A DNA stretch of 64,000 nucleotides from Eledone cirrhosa (Eukaryota). The stretch is taken from assembly GCA_964016885.1 (NCBI GenBank), contig OZ024743.1, positions 257,610,001 through 257,674,000 on the forward strand. The letters run 5' to 3'. Below the pieces are notes generated by a model. The model saw nothing but the letters and a program-made list of their open reading frames with translations, did not search any database and was not told where the DNA came from. A program made the translations under genes and the position numbers. Positions 1 to 12,971 of this stretch are shown here, piece after piece. How positions within the stretch are numbered: the first letter of the stretch is position 1; each line of letters begins with the position of its first letter.

Positions 1-322
1 TAAATGAACATAAACACACACAGACACCCGGATGTGGCGCATGCGCAGACTGAGCACACAACACATACACAGAAACAAAATGGCGTAGGACAGAACAAAG
101 GAGAGGCACAGAAACAAAGAAAGGAATCCCCAGTCACTGAAGAGGTCACAGAGTGTGTGACGAAAGAACTATGACTATATATAAACAACTATCTGGTTGT
201 GGAACCAACCAACCAACCAGAAGCTTATAAATTTATAAATTTATTATAATAAATTGAAGTGAAAGCAACTGGTGCGTGTGTTTCTTATTGGCAACATGAC
301 CCTCCTAAAGTATAACAATATC
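1..322 (+). mobile_element. 3' end (pseudo-LTR/tail) of a Penelope-like element, runs off the window start
   Basis: Minimal HHR at 132-176, GCGCATGCG motif, and terminal motif ATGACCCTCCTAAAGTATAACAATAT shared with the GIY-YIG-coding PLE at 37876-38640. Confidence 0.7.
132..176 (+). ncRNA. Minimal type I hammerhead ribozyme
   Basis: AGTCA-CTGAAGA-g-GTCACA gagtg TGTGAC-GAAA-gaac-TA-TGACT: 5 bp stem I, intact core, 6 bp stem II, very short stem III. Confidence 0.8.
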
Positions 323-377
323 GGTTTCAACACACGATTTCAGATAAAGAATCTTGCTAAACAAATTCAGAAACGAA

Positions 378-1157
<780 letters not shown>

Positions 1158-1229
1158 TAGCGAAGCAAACGGTTATTAAACAATTTTCTAAATAAATTTA
1201 AAAATGTTTAAATAATCACCTGTTCAGAC

Positions 1230-1310
1230 GCTGTTACCGACGGTTTCATCATTCCGAAAGATTGAAAATCCAACGAATTTCCAATGGAAAGAAATGAATC
1301 TTCAGACAGC
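1230..1310 (-). ncRNA. Type I hammerhead ribozyme with long stem II
   Basis: Minus strand: GCTGT-CTGAAGA-tTCATT...AATGAt-GAAA-CCG t CGG-TA-ACAGC. Confidence 0.8.
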
Positions 1311-1661
1311 CCTATTTCCACGCCATAAGGTATCTAGCCTAATAGCAAGTAAATATTATGCTCCCTGCCCAACGCATGCGGTCAAGCCGTTAAAATGACA
1401 CACACGCAAATCAGGTCGCTGATAAAAGCTGGATATTATAAACATGTCGAATTGCCACTAAAATTAGCAGCATTATTCAACGTTTTGTTCTGCTGCTATT
1501 TATAGTGGTAGTAGACTGACCTCTCTGCCTCTGCTTATTTCTTTACACACGGCACTGGACAGAATTGCTTCCACATCATTCATTCTCATCTCGGGAACAA
1601 TTTTGAATAGCGCCAGTTCGTAATTTGAACTCGGGAATTTTATATTCTCCAAGTGAAAAGA

Positions 1662-1747
1662 GCCTTCTGACGAGAGTTTATCTTTTCAATGGAAGGCCGC
1701 ATTTATGTCCATTTATTTTTTAGACTCGAAACCGATTCGGTAAAGGT
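1662..1747 (+). ncRNA. Type I hammerhead ribozyme with long stem II
   Basis: GCCTT-CTGACGA-GAGT...ACTC-GAAA-CCG att CGG-TA-AAGGT; all core nucleotides canonical. Confidence 0.9.
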
Positions 1748-1832
1748 AACCATAGTGAGTACAGCGAATCATTTAAAATTTATTTTGAAACTTTTTCTTA
1801 TTTGCTAAACCTGATTATATATATATATATGT

Positions 1833-2168
1833 ATCATCATCATCATTTCATTTTACGTCCGCTTTTTCCCTGCCTGCAAGGGTGGGACGGGAACTGATTC
1901 TTGCTTGATTTCTACAGCTGGATGCCCTTCCTAACACCAACCTCATTTACAGTGAGTGCTGGGTGCTTTTTTGCCATGGCACCCCCACGACCACTTTGCA
2001 GTGGAATGATAGGGACTGGGGTCCCTCATTTCTACAGCTGAGTAAACTGGAGCAATGTCAAATAAAGTGCCTTGCTCAAGGAAACAACACATCACCCGGT
2101 CTGAGAATTGAACTCACAACCTTTCGATTGCAAGGCCAGTGCTCTAACCACTAAGCCATGTGCCTCCA
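1833..2168 (-). mobile_element. tRNA-derived SINE (CORE-like centre, RTE-type tail)
   Basis: Minus strand: A box TGGCTTAGTGG, B box GAGTTCAATTC, TCCTTGAGCAAGGCACTT, tail GGACGTAAAATG..(ATG)n; matches 39421-39745. Confidence 0.88.
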
Positions 2169-2228
2169 TATATACATATATATATATACGTATATATATA
2201 TATATATATATACATATATATACATATA

Positions 2229-2357
2229 TAACATATGTTGATGCCCTAAGGACAGACACTGGTCTGTTGGAGATGCAGGATATGGCAGCGATAATGAGGG
2301 ACAGAGACCGCTGGAGAGAACTCGTCCATGGATCTCGGGAATTTTACTCGCCTTAGA
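2229..2357 (+). mobile_element. Short RTE-like LINE 3' tail in (TA)n
   Basis: [10 protein letters not shown]...GSREFYSP*, same family as 29712-32957. Confidence 0.88.
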
Positions 2358-2409
<52 letters not shown>

Positions 2410-2410
2410 C

Positions 2411-2501
<91 letters not shown>

Positions 2502-2569
2502 TACATATATATATATACATATATATATATATACATATATATATACATATATATATATATACATATACA

Positions 2570-2601
<32 letters not shown>

Positions 2602-2636
2602 CATATATATACATATATATACACATATATATAAAC

Positions 2637-2717
<81 letters not shown>

Positions 2718-2767
2718 CATTTATATATATATACATATATATATACATATATGTATATATACATGCA

Positions 2768-4360
2768 CGCCATCTCACAGTCTGTGGCCTACTCCAGTGC
2801 CACGGAACCCCCGCCAATCGCCTTACGGTCGAACAACGAACTATCTTCATCTTACAGACCCACACTCCCCCCGGCCTGATCTCCCCACCCTTATTCCTTT
2901 AGTCTTCGACCGCACGCCTCCCCCCACACTTATCCCCCACTAACACCACTAACACACGCCTCCTTTTCACCGCCCACCCTACAACTAATAATACTAACAC
3001 CTCCACTCCCCCCCATCTGACCACCCTTCCCCAACTAACATACTAACATCCCTTCCCTCCCCTCTTCTCCTCCTCCCCCCTCCTTATCACACGCACACAC
3101 CCACCGGCACATATATACACGCGCTCTCACTAAACACACACCCTACTACCACCACTAACCCTCCCCTACACCCCCCACACCTCCATACCACCCCCCGCAA
3201 CTACACCCCCTAACCCCAAGCACACAAACACACGCACCCACTTACACCACCCACCCCACACGAAACTAACATCACTAACACCCCCCAACCCCACGCACGC
3301 GTACCCACACACCCTCGTACACCACCAACTCTACACACCCTACCACTACTAATCCCCACTCACACCTGCATTCCACCCCTCCCCACCTCCCGTATACTAA
3401 CACCCACTAACACCTCTTCATCAAAGTACACACACACCAGTACACCACACTCCCTTCATAGAACCACACACACCCTTCTCTCCCCGCCCCACCCACATCC
3501 TCGCTCCACACTCACTCATCCCACTAACACCCCTACTAATACACACACACACACCCTCCTCACTCCCACTTTCACACCTACCCATCCTTGACCAATAACC
3601 AATCCACTAAACATCTTCGGATTTTACCAACTTTTCAACCATCCTCTTACGTAATCACCTATATGACTCACCCACACACACACCCCCAAACATTTTTTTT
3701 CTCCACACGCCACCTACACCCACAACACGCTTAAACCCCACACACACGTGCTTCCCACCACATATCTACACCCTCAGCCTCCTGATTCCTCTCCCCCCAC
3801 CCCTCTATCCACACACGCACAGACACTCCGACCCACAAACCCCCCCCTCACACACCTCTTCCTGAACATGCAACCCCGTTCTTCCCCCAACCCTTACTTT
3901 CACATACACACACACACACACACACGCACACCTACACACACACACCACCTTCAGCCCTCCCCGCTCGGACACCCCGTCTCCCTCTCCCCACTCCACCCGC
4001 CACCACCCCTACACACCCCACACCCTTCCACCACCTGTTTAACCCCCTTTTAATTTCAGTTTATTTTGATCATGCCTTTATTTTTAAATTTATCTCATTC
4101 CTTGTATTTTGATCATGCTTTATTTTTATTTTTATCTTTATTTTTTATTTTTTCATTCGCACCGTTTCCTTTCGCTATATGTCTCTCCACCACTCCCCTA
4201 CACACCCTTTGAACTTTGTTCCCACACACTTCCCACCTGAGGAAGGGCTTATGCCCGAAACGTCGTCCCCCACCAACACCCCACTCCCAAGAGCGTGAAA
4301 TTAATAAACATTTGTTGTACTGCCTCTCTGTCTTGTCCCTGTTCAAATTTTTCCATTATA
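2768..4360 (+). mobile_element. 5'-truncated Penelope-like element (Neptune-like): GIY-YIG C-terminus, C/A-rich 3' region, HHR core, polyA signal
   Basis: 2771-2902 reads [36 protein letters not shown]...* (E..I..L.T..P.GL end of PLE endonuclease); HHR core 4237-4264; AATAAA 4303-4308. Confidence 0.8.
4235..4266 (+). ncRNA. Minimal PLE-type hammerhead core
   Basis: AC-CTGAGGA-a-GGGC ttat GCCC-GAAA-CG-TC-GT; palindromic ACGT stem III; stem I only 2 bp. Confidence 0.65.
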
Positions 4361-4370
4361 TGTATATATA

Positions 4371-7300
4371 CATCATCATCATCATCATCATCAACGTTTA
4401 ACGTCCGTGTTCCACGCTTGCATGGGTTTGGACGGGGGTAGTCCCACTTGAGGCAAGAGTGATTGTCTTGCTCGCATAGGACTGTCTGGCAGGTTTTCTA
4501 CAGTTGGATGCCCTTCCTAACACCAACCACATTTACAGTGTGGGTCTGGGAGGTTTTTACCGTGTTGCCTACACGGCCACATTACAGCGTGGACTGTGTG
4601 TTTTTTTGTCGTGACACCTACACGATCTCATTTGTTTCGGCCTCGATGGCGCGGCACCAACATAACTTTACATAGAACGGGGTGGTGTGGATCGGGTGGG
4701 GGTGGTGGGACGGGGTGTATTTTGTTAGAGATGCCTACTGGCTGGAGTAGGTTTTACTATATATTTAGGTAAGGCGGGTCTTCTCTGTTACTGAGTACCG
4801 CCAAAGGTCTCGGTCCAGTGACATTGTCTTGGAGAGGTGTAAGTGTGTGATGTCGGAGTTTATCAGCTCGTCCCAGGTTTTTCTAGGTCTGCCTATTCCG
4901 TGACTACCGTCTATCTTTATTGCCCTGCACTTTGTTATACAGCTATCGACTTTCATGCGCATCACGTGTCCATACCAACGTAGCCTTCTCTCGAGTAAAC
5001 AACATCTGATCCCTCTTATCTCTAATTTATTCCTTAGTTCGTTTATGCTTTGCCGTTCACGTATATTACTGTTACACATCCAGCGGAGCATGCAAGCTTC
5101 GTTCCTCTCTAGTCTGCGTATATCCTCTGCACACAATGCCCAGGTCTCACTGCCATGCAGCATTGCTGTTCGTATGCAGGCATCGTACAACCTGCCTTTC
5201 ATTTTTAGTGAGAACCCTTTAGCAGCTAATAGTGGTATAAGCTCTCTGAACTTTTTCCAACCAGTTCTGACTCTAGCTACAGTACTTTCAGAGCACCCTC
5301 CCCCACTGCTGATTTTATCGCCCAGGTAACGGAAGCTGTCCACTATTTCTATAGAACCCTCTGCGCAATTGAAAGAGCTAGTAGTTTGTGGGCACTTGCT
5401 GCTACTTATTGCACCAGAGCACCGGCCACATGTAAAATCTATGTTCTTAGTTAGCCTACCTGTGATCCCACTACATCTTTTATGCACCCATACTTTGCAT
5501 TTAGGACATAAAATGGAGTTTCTACCTACGCCTTTCCTACACACCGAGCACGACCATTTCCCAGAAGGGACCGCCGCCTTGTTTTCTTTCCTACAAACTA
5601 GTACTTTGGTCTTAGCCAGGTTAATTTTAAGTCCTTTTGACTCTAGGCCGTGCTTCCATGTTTGGAATTTCTTCTCTAGCTCGGCCATTGATTCCGCTAT
5701 GAGTGTCAGGTCGTCTGCGTATAGGAGTTCCCATGGGCAGCCTGTCTTGAACTCCTCTGTTATAGCCTGAAGGGCAATAATAAATAGTAGTGGACTGAGA
5801 ACAGAGCCCTGATGGACGCCGACTTTTACGCTAAACTCTTCACTATATTCGTTGTTAATTCTAACCTTGCTGACTGTTTCTTTATACATGGCTTGTATAG
5901 CCCTCACAAGCCATTCGTCAACGCCTAGTTTTCTAAGAGCCCACCAGATAATGGAGCGGGGGACTCTGTCGAAGGCTTTCTCCAAGTCGACAAAAGCTAA
6001 GTAGAGGGGTTTACCTTTAGCTAGGTACTTCTCTTGTAGTTGTCGTACTATGAAAAGAGCGTCTGTGGTACTTTTGCCTGACACAAACCCGAACTGCATT
6101 TCATCTAGGTCAATTCTCTCTCTGATTAGTTGCGCTATTACTCTTTCCGTGACCTTCATGACCTGGTCGATTAATTTAATGCCTCTATAGTTACTCCTAT
6201 CTAGGGCGTCTCCTTTACCCTTATAACAGTTAACGATGATGCTGCTATGCCAGTCCTTCGGAACAACCCCGTTCTGTACGACTTGGTTAACTATGCGGGT
6301 GACCATGGTGTGTCCCACCGTGCCAGATGCCTTCAGCATCTCAGCAACTATTTCCGAAGGCCCAGCCGCCTTACCAGTCTTCATATCCTTGATTGCCTTA
6401 CTTATTATACTCCCCTCGACTAACACTGCTGGTCCCTCTATTGGGTCGATATGGGGGAGACTGCCTTTCTCCCAATTATTCTCCTCATTTAGAAGCCTTT
6501 CATAGTGACACTTCCAAGCTACCTTCTTATCAGCGTCGGTGATGGCAAGTGTGCCATCGTCGTTTAGTACACACTTCTCCCCGACAATATCACGGTTTTC
6601 CTTGACGCATTGCCTAGCAATCCTGAACACCTCACGTTTTTGGTCATCGCGTTGTAGAACATGCTTGAACTTTCTTTCCTCAGCTTCCCTTCTTGCTAAG
6701 TACACTTGTCTCCTAGCTTCCCTCCTGGCCACTTGATAGTCCTCTCTACTTCCCCCATCCCGCCATACTTTCCAAGCCTGCTTTTTGGCCTTAATTGACC
6801 CCTCCACCTTACTGTTCCACCACCATGTTACTCTCCTCCTGCCTACAGGCCTGCTCCAGCCACAGACCTCGTCTGTCGCCAACAGCAGGTTTGCTTTCAG
6901 AAATTCCCACTCTCCCTCTATATTGTCCGACTCTAAATGTTCTTCCTTACTGTCGAAAGCATCAAGTAATATGCTTTGAAATTTATTCCTGGCTGTGGGG
7001 TCCTTTAGCTTCCATATTTTCCTCCTGAGGATAGTCCTCTTCTGTTGTCGAGTACGTCTCGTCCTGACTATGAGGTCGCTAATTATCAGTCTATGTTGGG
7101 AGGTGCATTCTTCATGGGGGAGGGATTTAGTGTTAACAACAGACACTCTGTCACGTCTTCTGGTAAGGATATAATCTACCTGGCTTGTGTGTTCCCCGGA
7201 TCTATAGGTGATCAGGTGATTGTCACGTTTTTTGAAGTTAGTGTTACAGATAGTTAGGTTATTTGCATCACAGAATTCCAGGATTCTGGAGCCTTCCTCA

Positions 7301-7781
7301 TTTCTAGTACCAAACCCATAGCCTCCATGGATTTCGTCGTAGCCGTCACAATGTTGTCCAACGTGACCATTTAGGTCGCCTGCGATAATTATATAGTCAC
7401 TGTCGGATATTTGGGAGGTAGTTAGCATCAGTGTCTCATAGAATCTGTCTTTTATAGTGCCGGGCAGTCCGGATTGGGGTGCGTACGCAGATATTACTGT
7501 CACCGTAGTTCTATTGAGGACAAGTCGTATTTTAATTATTCTGTCGTTCACTCTATTTACGTCTATTATCTTATCTGCCCACTTTTCTGCTACCACGATT
7601 CCTACTCCACCCAGCCCATCGTCGTTTCCCACCCAGAAAAGCTTATAACAACGTTTTTTACCCTCAATGAACCTAGCAGACCCACCCCTCCACCTGGTCT
7701 CTTGAATACAACAAACATCGACCTCCTTACGTTCAAGCATTTCTACAACCTCGTTAGCGCGACCCTTTAGGGTGCCTACAT
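4371..7781 (-). mobile_element. RTE-clade LINE subfamily A, near full length, with 3' UTR and (ATG)n tail
   Basis: Uninterrupted ORF; 3' UTR 4764-4393 ends GGACGTTAAACGTT(GAT)n; 5' end abuts (TA)n. Confidence 0.95.
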
Positions 7782-7785
7782 ACAT
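4765..7785 (-). CDS. APE endonuclease-reverse transcriptase polyprotein with a PHD-like zinc finger insertion
   Basis: [67 protein letters not shown]; the ORF-track N-terminus upstream of 7785 is microsatellite. Confidence 0.93.
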   Translation of the reverse strand: MYVGTLKGRANEVVEMLERKEVDVCCIQETRWRGGSARFIEGKKRCYKLFWVGNDDGLGGVGIVVAEKWADKIIDVNRVNDRIIKIRLVLNRTTVTVISAYAPQSGLPGTIKDRFYETLMLTTSQISDSDYIIIAGDLNGHVGQHCDGYDEIHGGYGFGTRNEEGSRILEFCDANNLTICNTNFKKRDNHLITYRSGEHTSQVDYILTRRRDRVSVVNTKSLPHEECTSQHRLIISDLIVRTRRTRQQKRTILRRKIWKLKDPTARNKFQSILLDAFDSKEEHLESDNIEGEWEFLKANLLLATDEVCGWSRPVGRRRVTWWWNSKVEGSIKAKKQAWKVWRDGGSREDYQVARREARRQVYLARREAEERKFKHVLQRDDQKREVFRIARQCVKENRDIVGEKCVLNDDGTLAITDADKKVAWKCHYERLLNEENNWEKGSLPHIDPIEGPAVLVEGSIISKAIKDMKTGKAAGPSEIVAEMLKASGTVGHTMVTRIVNQVVQNGVVPKDWHSSIIVNCYKGKGDALDRSNYRGIKLIDQVMKVTERVIAQLIRERIDLDEMQFGFVSGKSTTDALFIVRQLQEKYLAKGKPLYLAFVDLEKAFDRVPRSIIWWALRKLGVDEWLVRAIQAMYKETVSKVRINNEYSEEFSVKVGVHQGSVLSPLLFIIALQAITEEFKTGCPWELLYADDLTLIAESMAELEKKFQTWKHGLESKGLKINLAKTKVLVCRKENKAAVPSGKWSCSVCRKGVGRNSILCPKCKVWVHKRCSGITGRLTKNIDFTCGRCSGAISSSKCPQTTSSFNCAEGSIEIVDSFRYLGDKISSGGGCSESTVARVRTGWKKFRELIPLLAAKGFSLKMKGRLYDACIRTAMLHGSETWALCAEDIRRLERNEACMLRWMCNSNIRERQSINELRNKLEIRGIRCCLLERRLRWYGHVMRMKVDSCITKCRAIKIDGSHGIGRPRKTWDELINSDITHLHLSKTMSLDRDLWRYSVTEKTRLT

Positions 7786-7885
7786 ATATATATATATACA
7801 TATATATTTATATATACATATATATTTATATATACATATATATTTATATATACATACATATTTATATATACATATATATTTATAT

Positions 7886-10800
7886 ACATTCAAATAATAT
7901 AATATACACTCATTTTCCCTTGGATATCTTCAAACAACCAAATAACCAAAAACTATTAACATCCTCAAACAACCAAACTCACATCCATAAGAGTGAATAT
8001 ATATATATACACAATTCTTTAATTTCTTCAAATAACCAAAGTCTCACTCACGTATCCAATATCAAATATCTTAAAATGCACACAAGGGTAAAAAAAAAAA
8101 AAAATGACTACTGACCAGCAAGCCCACAACGGACGAAATTGGTCTGAAAATGAAATTGACCTCTTAATAAACACATGGTTTTCTCCGTCCCAAACGATAA
8201 ACATTAACGCGTCATGTCTGAATGAAATTACTGAAAAAACAGCTCAAGCATTGACCATGAGGTCTACTAAGCAGATACACAACAAACTAAATCATGTAGA
8301 CGTCTCTTTCAAACTAATTCAAAACCATTTTGAAAAACTTCGACACATTTACTCCAATGGACAAACACAACAACAACAGCAACAACAACAACAACAACAA
8401 CAGCCACAACAACAACATCCAGAAAACCAGGAGCAACCACTACTGAATAACTGAATGACAGTATCCCTCAGCCACTCACCCAGCCATCATTATCGCCATC
8501 ACCATCACCACCGTCACCATCTTCTGCCACACCAACTGCTAATAATGGACCACTGCTCTCTCTCCCACCACAGTTGTCATCATCATCATCACCACCAATG
8601 CTTTCTTCCCCCACATCACCACCACAGTCATGCCATAGTCAAAAGAACTTAAAAAAAAAATCTATGGAGCTGTATGCACCTCCCACTACACATACTAGAA
8701 ACCCCAAAATATGCCGCTACTCACTACGTCAGAGGCTATGCACATGTAGCGACTGTATATTTACCCATTTACCGGGTACTAGGTGCACTAACACTGCCAG
8801 CCAACACCAAAGCATGCTGCCCACACGTATAAGACGCAGTTCCAAAATCTGCCAACACACATTCCCAACGTGAGAGGCTATGTCTGCTGACTGACTGTCC
8901 CTTCACTCATCTTCTTGAACACAACGCACGAACAGAAAAGGGGCTCCATGCCAACCCACAAACTGCGGTAATGCTGCTCCAGTCTCCTCACAAAGACATG
9001 ATTACAACAACAAAAACAACAAAAGTAATGCTGCTCCAGTCTTTTCAAAAAGACACGATCACAACAACAACAAAAATAACACTGCTCCAGTCTTTTCACA
9101 AAGACACAATTACAACAAATACAACAACAACAACAACAAAAAAGGGATCTGCAACCCTATCCAATGTTGTAACCACAAATCCAATCAAGAACTGCTCCCT
9201 CAACCCCCAAAATATCTTTCTTTTTTAGCCATGAACCTGGCATAAGAGATAGAAAAAAACATTTTAGCCATCACCCAACACCATCCTTGCTGTCAATAAC
9301 ATACAATCACAAAACAAGCCCCCTGCAACAGTCAAAACCAGCTACCGCACTACCCTCCACATTCTTACTCAATACACAAGGTATCAGCCCATCCATCAAT
9401 GCACAGAAATGGAAGATCCAATTCATTGAGGATTGGGTTGGTAACCATCCATTTCACATCCCCTTCTTCATTCTTACTGAGACCCACCTTGACAACTCCC
9501 ACTTGGAGGCCGAAGTAAGAGAGAGAAATTTCACAACCATCCGTGCAGATCGTGTTGGCAGAAGGAAAGGTGGAACTGCCATTTTCCTGCATGATTCCTT
9601 TACGGCAGATGGCAACACAACATTCTCTAATGGATACTGTGAATCAGTCACTGTGCACAATAAAGCCAATGACCTGACATTAGTTGGGCTCTATAGGCCA
9701 CCACAAACACTCATAATCTGCTTCAAAGAATGCCTCAACGGTATTAAACGCTATATTAAACAGTGCCATTCTAGCAACATACTTTTGATGGGAGACTTTA
9801 ATCTACACTGTGTCGATTGGTCTACATGTAGTTTGAAACCAGGCTCCACAGCCTCAACCACTGACAAAGAGGCTGTCGAGTCACTTCTTGACTTCATGAA
9901 TGAGTTTTTCTTGTCCCAATTTGTCCTGGCATCAGAAGAACATTCTGGATCTAGTGTTTAGTAACCACACTAATATTACAGTGGAAAAAACCCTTCTCTC
10001 AGACCATGACATGGTTTTTTGTTACCTGAGATTCCACCAGCCGAAATCTAATCCCAGAGTCCTCTCTCCAGCCCACCCATTTCATAACATGGATCTCTAC
10101 AATGCCAACTGGGATGCAATTATGAACGAACTGTCACATGACGACTGCTCTTTTACACCAGCACACACTTCCACCAACATCAAAACATCTTGGCAGATCT
10201 TTGTAGACACTGTCACAAATATATGTACAAAACACACCCCACCAAAACCTGTGAACAAAACCAAGTGCAGTATCCTCCAAAACAGAAAAACAATTATCAG
10301 AAAAATAAAAAGAACAAACAAATAAATTAACACACTAAAATACTGCCAACAGCAACACACACATTCAATGGCTATCACCCTGCTTGAGTCAAAAAAATAT
10401 AACCTCCAGCAATGCATGATGACCATCATCAATAACCAGAGAATAGCTGAAAAGAGGTGGGCCATTGAGAAAATCAAACTCAACCCGAAAGTGTTCTTTT
10501 CATTTGCTAAAAAACACAAGGTCACCGTTTCCACTGTTGGCCCCCTAGTTGATGAAAATGGCACACTCCAGGACAATGCCAAAACCATGGTCGAGATAAT
10601 GCAGAAACAATACTGCTCTGTTTTCAGCAATCCTGATCTGGGCCGTATCAGTGATGTTAATCCCCAACACACTATATCAGACATAACGTTTGGCGCACTT
10701 GATGTCTTAGCAGCAATAAACAAAATTAAACACAATTCAGCAGTAGGCACTGACAGGTTCCCTGCTTGTGTCCTGAAGGTGTGCCGACACCAACTTGCAT

Positions 10801-12317
10801 CTCCTCTTGCTAATCTGTGGAGGAACTCACTCGACACTGGCTATATTCCTGAAAACTTTCTGTCCCAGTCTTCAAAAAGGGAAATAAGTCCCTTGCAGTC
10901 CGATCTCACTCACCTCTCATATTATCAAGGTATTTGAGAGGGTGGTGAGATCATGAATAACTCACTTTCTTGAAAGCAACGGCCTGCTGAACTCCAACCA
11001 ACATGAGTTCCGTAATGGAAGGGACTGCCTAACTCAGCTCCTGCATCACTTTGACGATGTTTTAAGAGCCTTGGGAGAGGGCTCCAACACTGATGTCATC
11101 TACCTTGACTTCATCAAGGCCTTCGACAGGGTTGATAATAAGATTCTACTGAAAAAACTATCCAATGTTGGTGTCTCTGGAAGGTTACTACAGTGGATCA
11201 AATGTTTCCTGACAGGCAGAACCCAGCATGTTGTAGTCGAAGGAGTAAAATCAAGCCCTGCCAAAGTCAGCAGTGACATCCCACACGGCACTGTGTTGGG
11301 CCCACTTCGTTTCATCATCTACATTAATGACATTACTGACATCATCAAGCACAGCAACATCAGAATCTTTGCAGATGATTCCAAGCTCCAAAGGGTCATC
11401 AATGAGGTGGGTGACCGGACTTGCCTTCAGTCAGACCTACTGGCTGTTATCCAATGGGCAGAAATGAATAATATGCTGTTGAATGAGGATAAATTTGAAT
11501 TAATCCACTTTGGAAAAAAGGAAGCCCTGAAACTACCATACTCTCTTCCTTCGGGTGAAACTCTAGTGGCATCCAATAACATCAGAGACCTGGGTATTGT
11601 GGACAACAACATAAGCTGGGCCACTCATATAAACAGCAAAGTTGATATGGCCTGCAGAATGTGTTCCTGGATTCTTAGAACTTTCCACTCGAGAGATATC
11701 CACACTGTTATCCTTCTCTTCTCCACTTTTGCCTGACCCCACCTTGAATACTGTTGTCCCCTGTGGTCACCCACACGAAACAAAGTATCATGAAAGTTGA
11801 AGCATCCCAAAGGTCAATTAAAAAAAAGATAGGCCTTGATTATTGGAGTCGATTAGAAAAGATCAAACTTTATTCACTCCAACTTCGCCGTGAGTGCTAC
11901 ATTATCTGTATGATGTGGAAAATATTCCATCAGCTTTGCCCAAATAATGTTAGCATCACCTTTAGTGTACACCCAAGGCTTGTGCCCTGTGCTATCCGCC
12001 CACAACAAAAATCTCACTCGCATCACATAACAATACGGCACAATTATTTCACCTCAATTGGCCCTGCACTCTTTAACATTAAACCAAAACATATCAAAGC
12101 AGAGACAGACCCCATCAAGTTCAAGAAGTCTTTGGATAATTCCTTTAAGAAATCCCGGATAAGCCTCCTACACCCGGATATGCCTCCGTAAACAATAACT
12201 CTCTGCTCGAGTGGGCCATGGTGCCCAAACACTGATTTGTAAGACTTCGCCAGGTGGTACTATTAAGTTAGACATGACCTGGGCCAATACTGATCAAAAG
12301 TTATCAAAGTTATTAAG

Positions 12318-12320
<3 letters not shown>
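7886..12320 (+). mobile_element. CR1-group LINE, near full length but frameshifted (ORF1 remnant plus APE-RT ORF2)
   Basis: LTETHL, RADR..RKGGTA, GLYRPP, MGDFN, LSDHD, YLDFIKAFD, GTVLGP, FADD, RDLG, LEYC, YSLQLRR; short TATCAAAG-type terminal repeats at 12292-12320. Confidence 0.9.
8104..9228 (+). pseudogene. Disrupted ORF1: Myb/SANT-like N-terminus, polyQ, Cys/His cluster, ~55 bp tandem repeats
   Basis: RNWSENEIDLLINTW...RSTKQIHNKL; KICRYSLRQRLCTCSDCIFTH; three repeats at 8968-9135; stops present. Confidence 0.55.
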
Positions 12321-12348
<28 letters not shown>

Positions 12349-12352
<4 letters not shown>

Positions 12353-12970
12353 CACTGAAGATGCTCTTCAGAAGCTCCTTGGCTAGCGGTATACTACCCA
12401 GGGAGCTGAAAGACGGCACAATATGCCCTATCCATAAAGGAGGTAGCAGAGCGGAGGTCAAAAACTATAGGCCAGTCTTCCTGACATCGCATATCAGTAA
12501 GGTTATGGAGCGAGTTGTCAGAAAGAAACAGAACACTTTCCTCAGGGAAAATGACCGCCTGACTAGAACGCAGCATGGCTTCCACCCAGGAAGAAACTGC
12601 CTTACACAGCTGCTACATCACTACGACTGGATACTGAAACAACTGCTAGACAGCTCACATGTGGACCTGATATATCTTGACTTTGCGAAGGCCTTTGACA
12701 AGGTCGACCACGGAATGATATGTCACAAACTACACAGACTCGGCATAATTGGAAAAGTAGGTGAGTGGCTGCATGACTTCTTAAAGGACAGAAGCCAGAC
12801 AGTCGCAGCAAACAGGGCCCTCTCAAAGGAAACATCAATAACAAGTGGGGTGCCCCAAGGGACAGTCCTGGGGCCACTACTGTTTTGGGGGCCTCTCTGA
12901 GACATGCCCTCTGTAGTACATACAACAACATCCCTCACTAGCTATGCTGATGACACTAAGGTAGCACAAA
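12349..12970 (+). pseudogene. Second CR1-group RT fragment
   Basis: PIHKGG..NYRPV..QHGF..YLDFAKAFDKVDH..GVPQGTVLGP, then YADDTK after a frameshift. Confidence 0.88.
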
Positions 12971-12971
12971 A

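Noticed and set aside
4955-7770. Antisense ORFs over LINE coding regions (also 35105-36933, 56236-58320)
   Set aside because: Shadow frames of RT genes
8968-9135. CRISPR-like repeat-spacer pattern
   Set aside because: Degenerate tandem repeat within a LINE ORF1 in eukaryotic DNA; no unique spacers or cas genes
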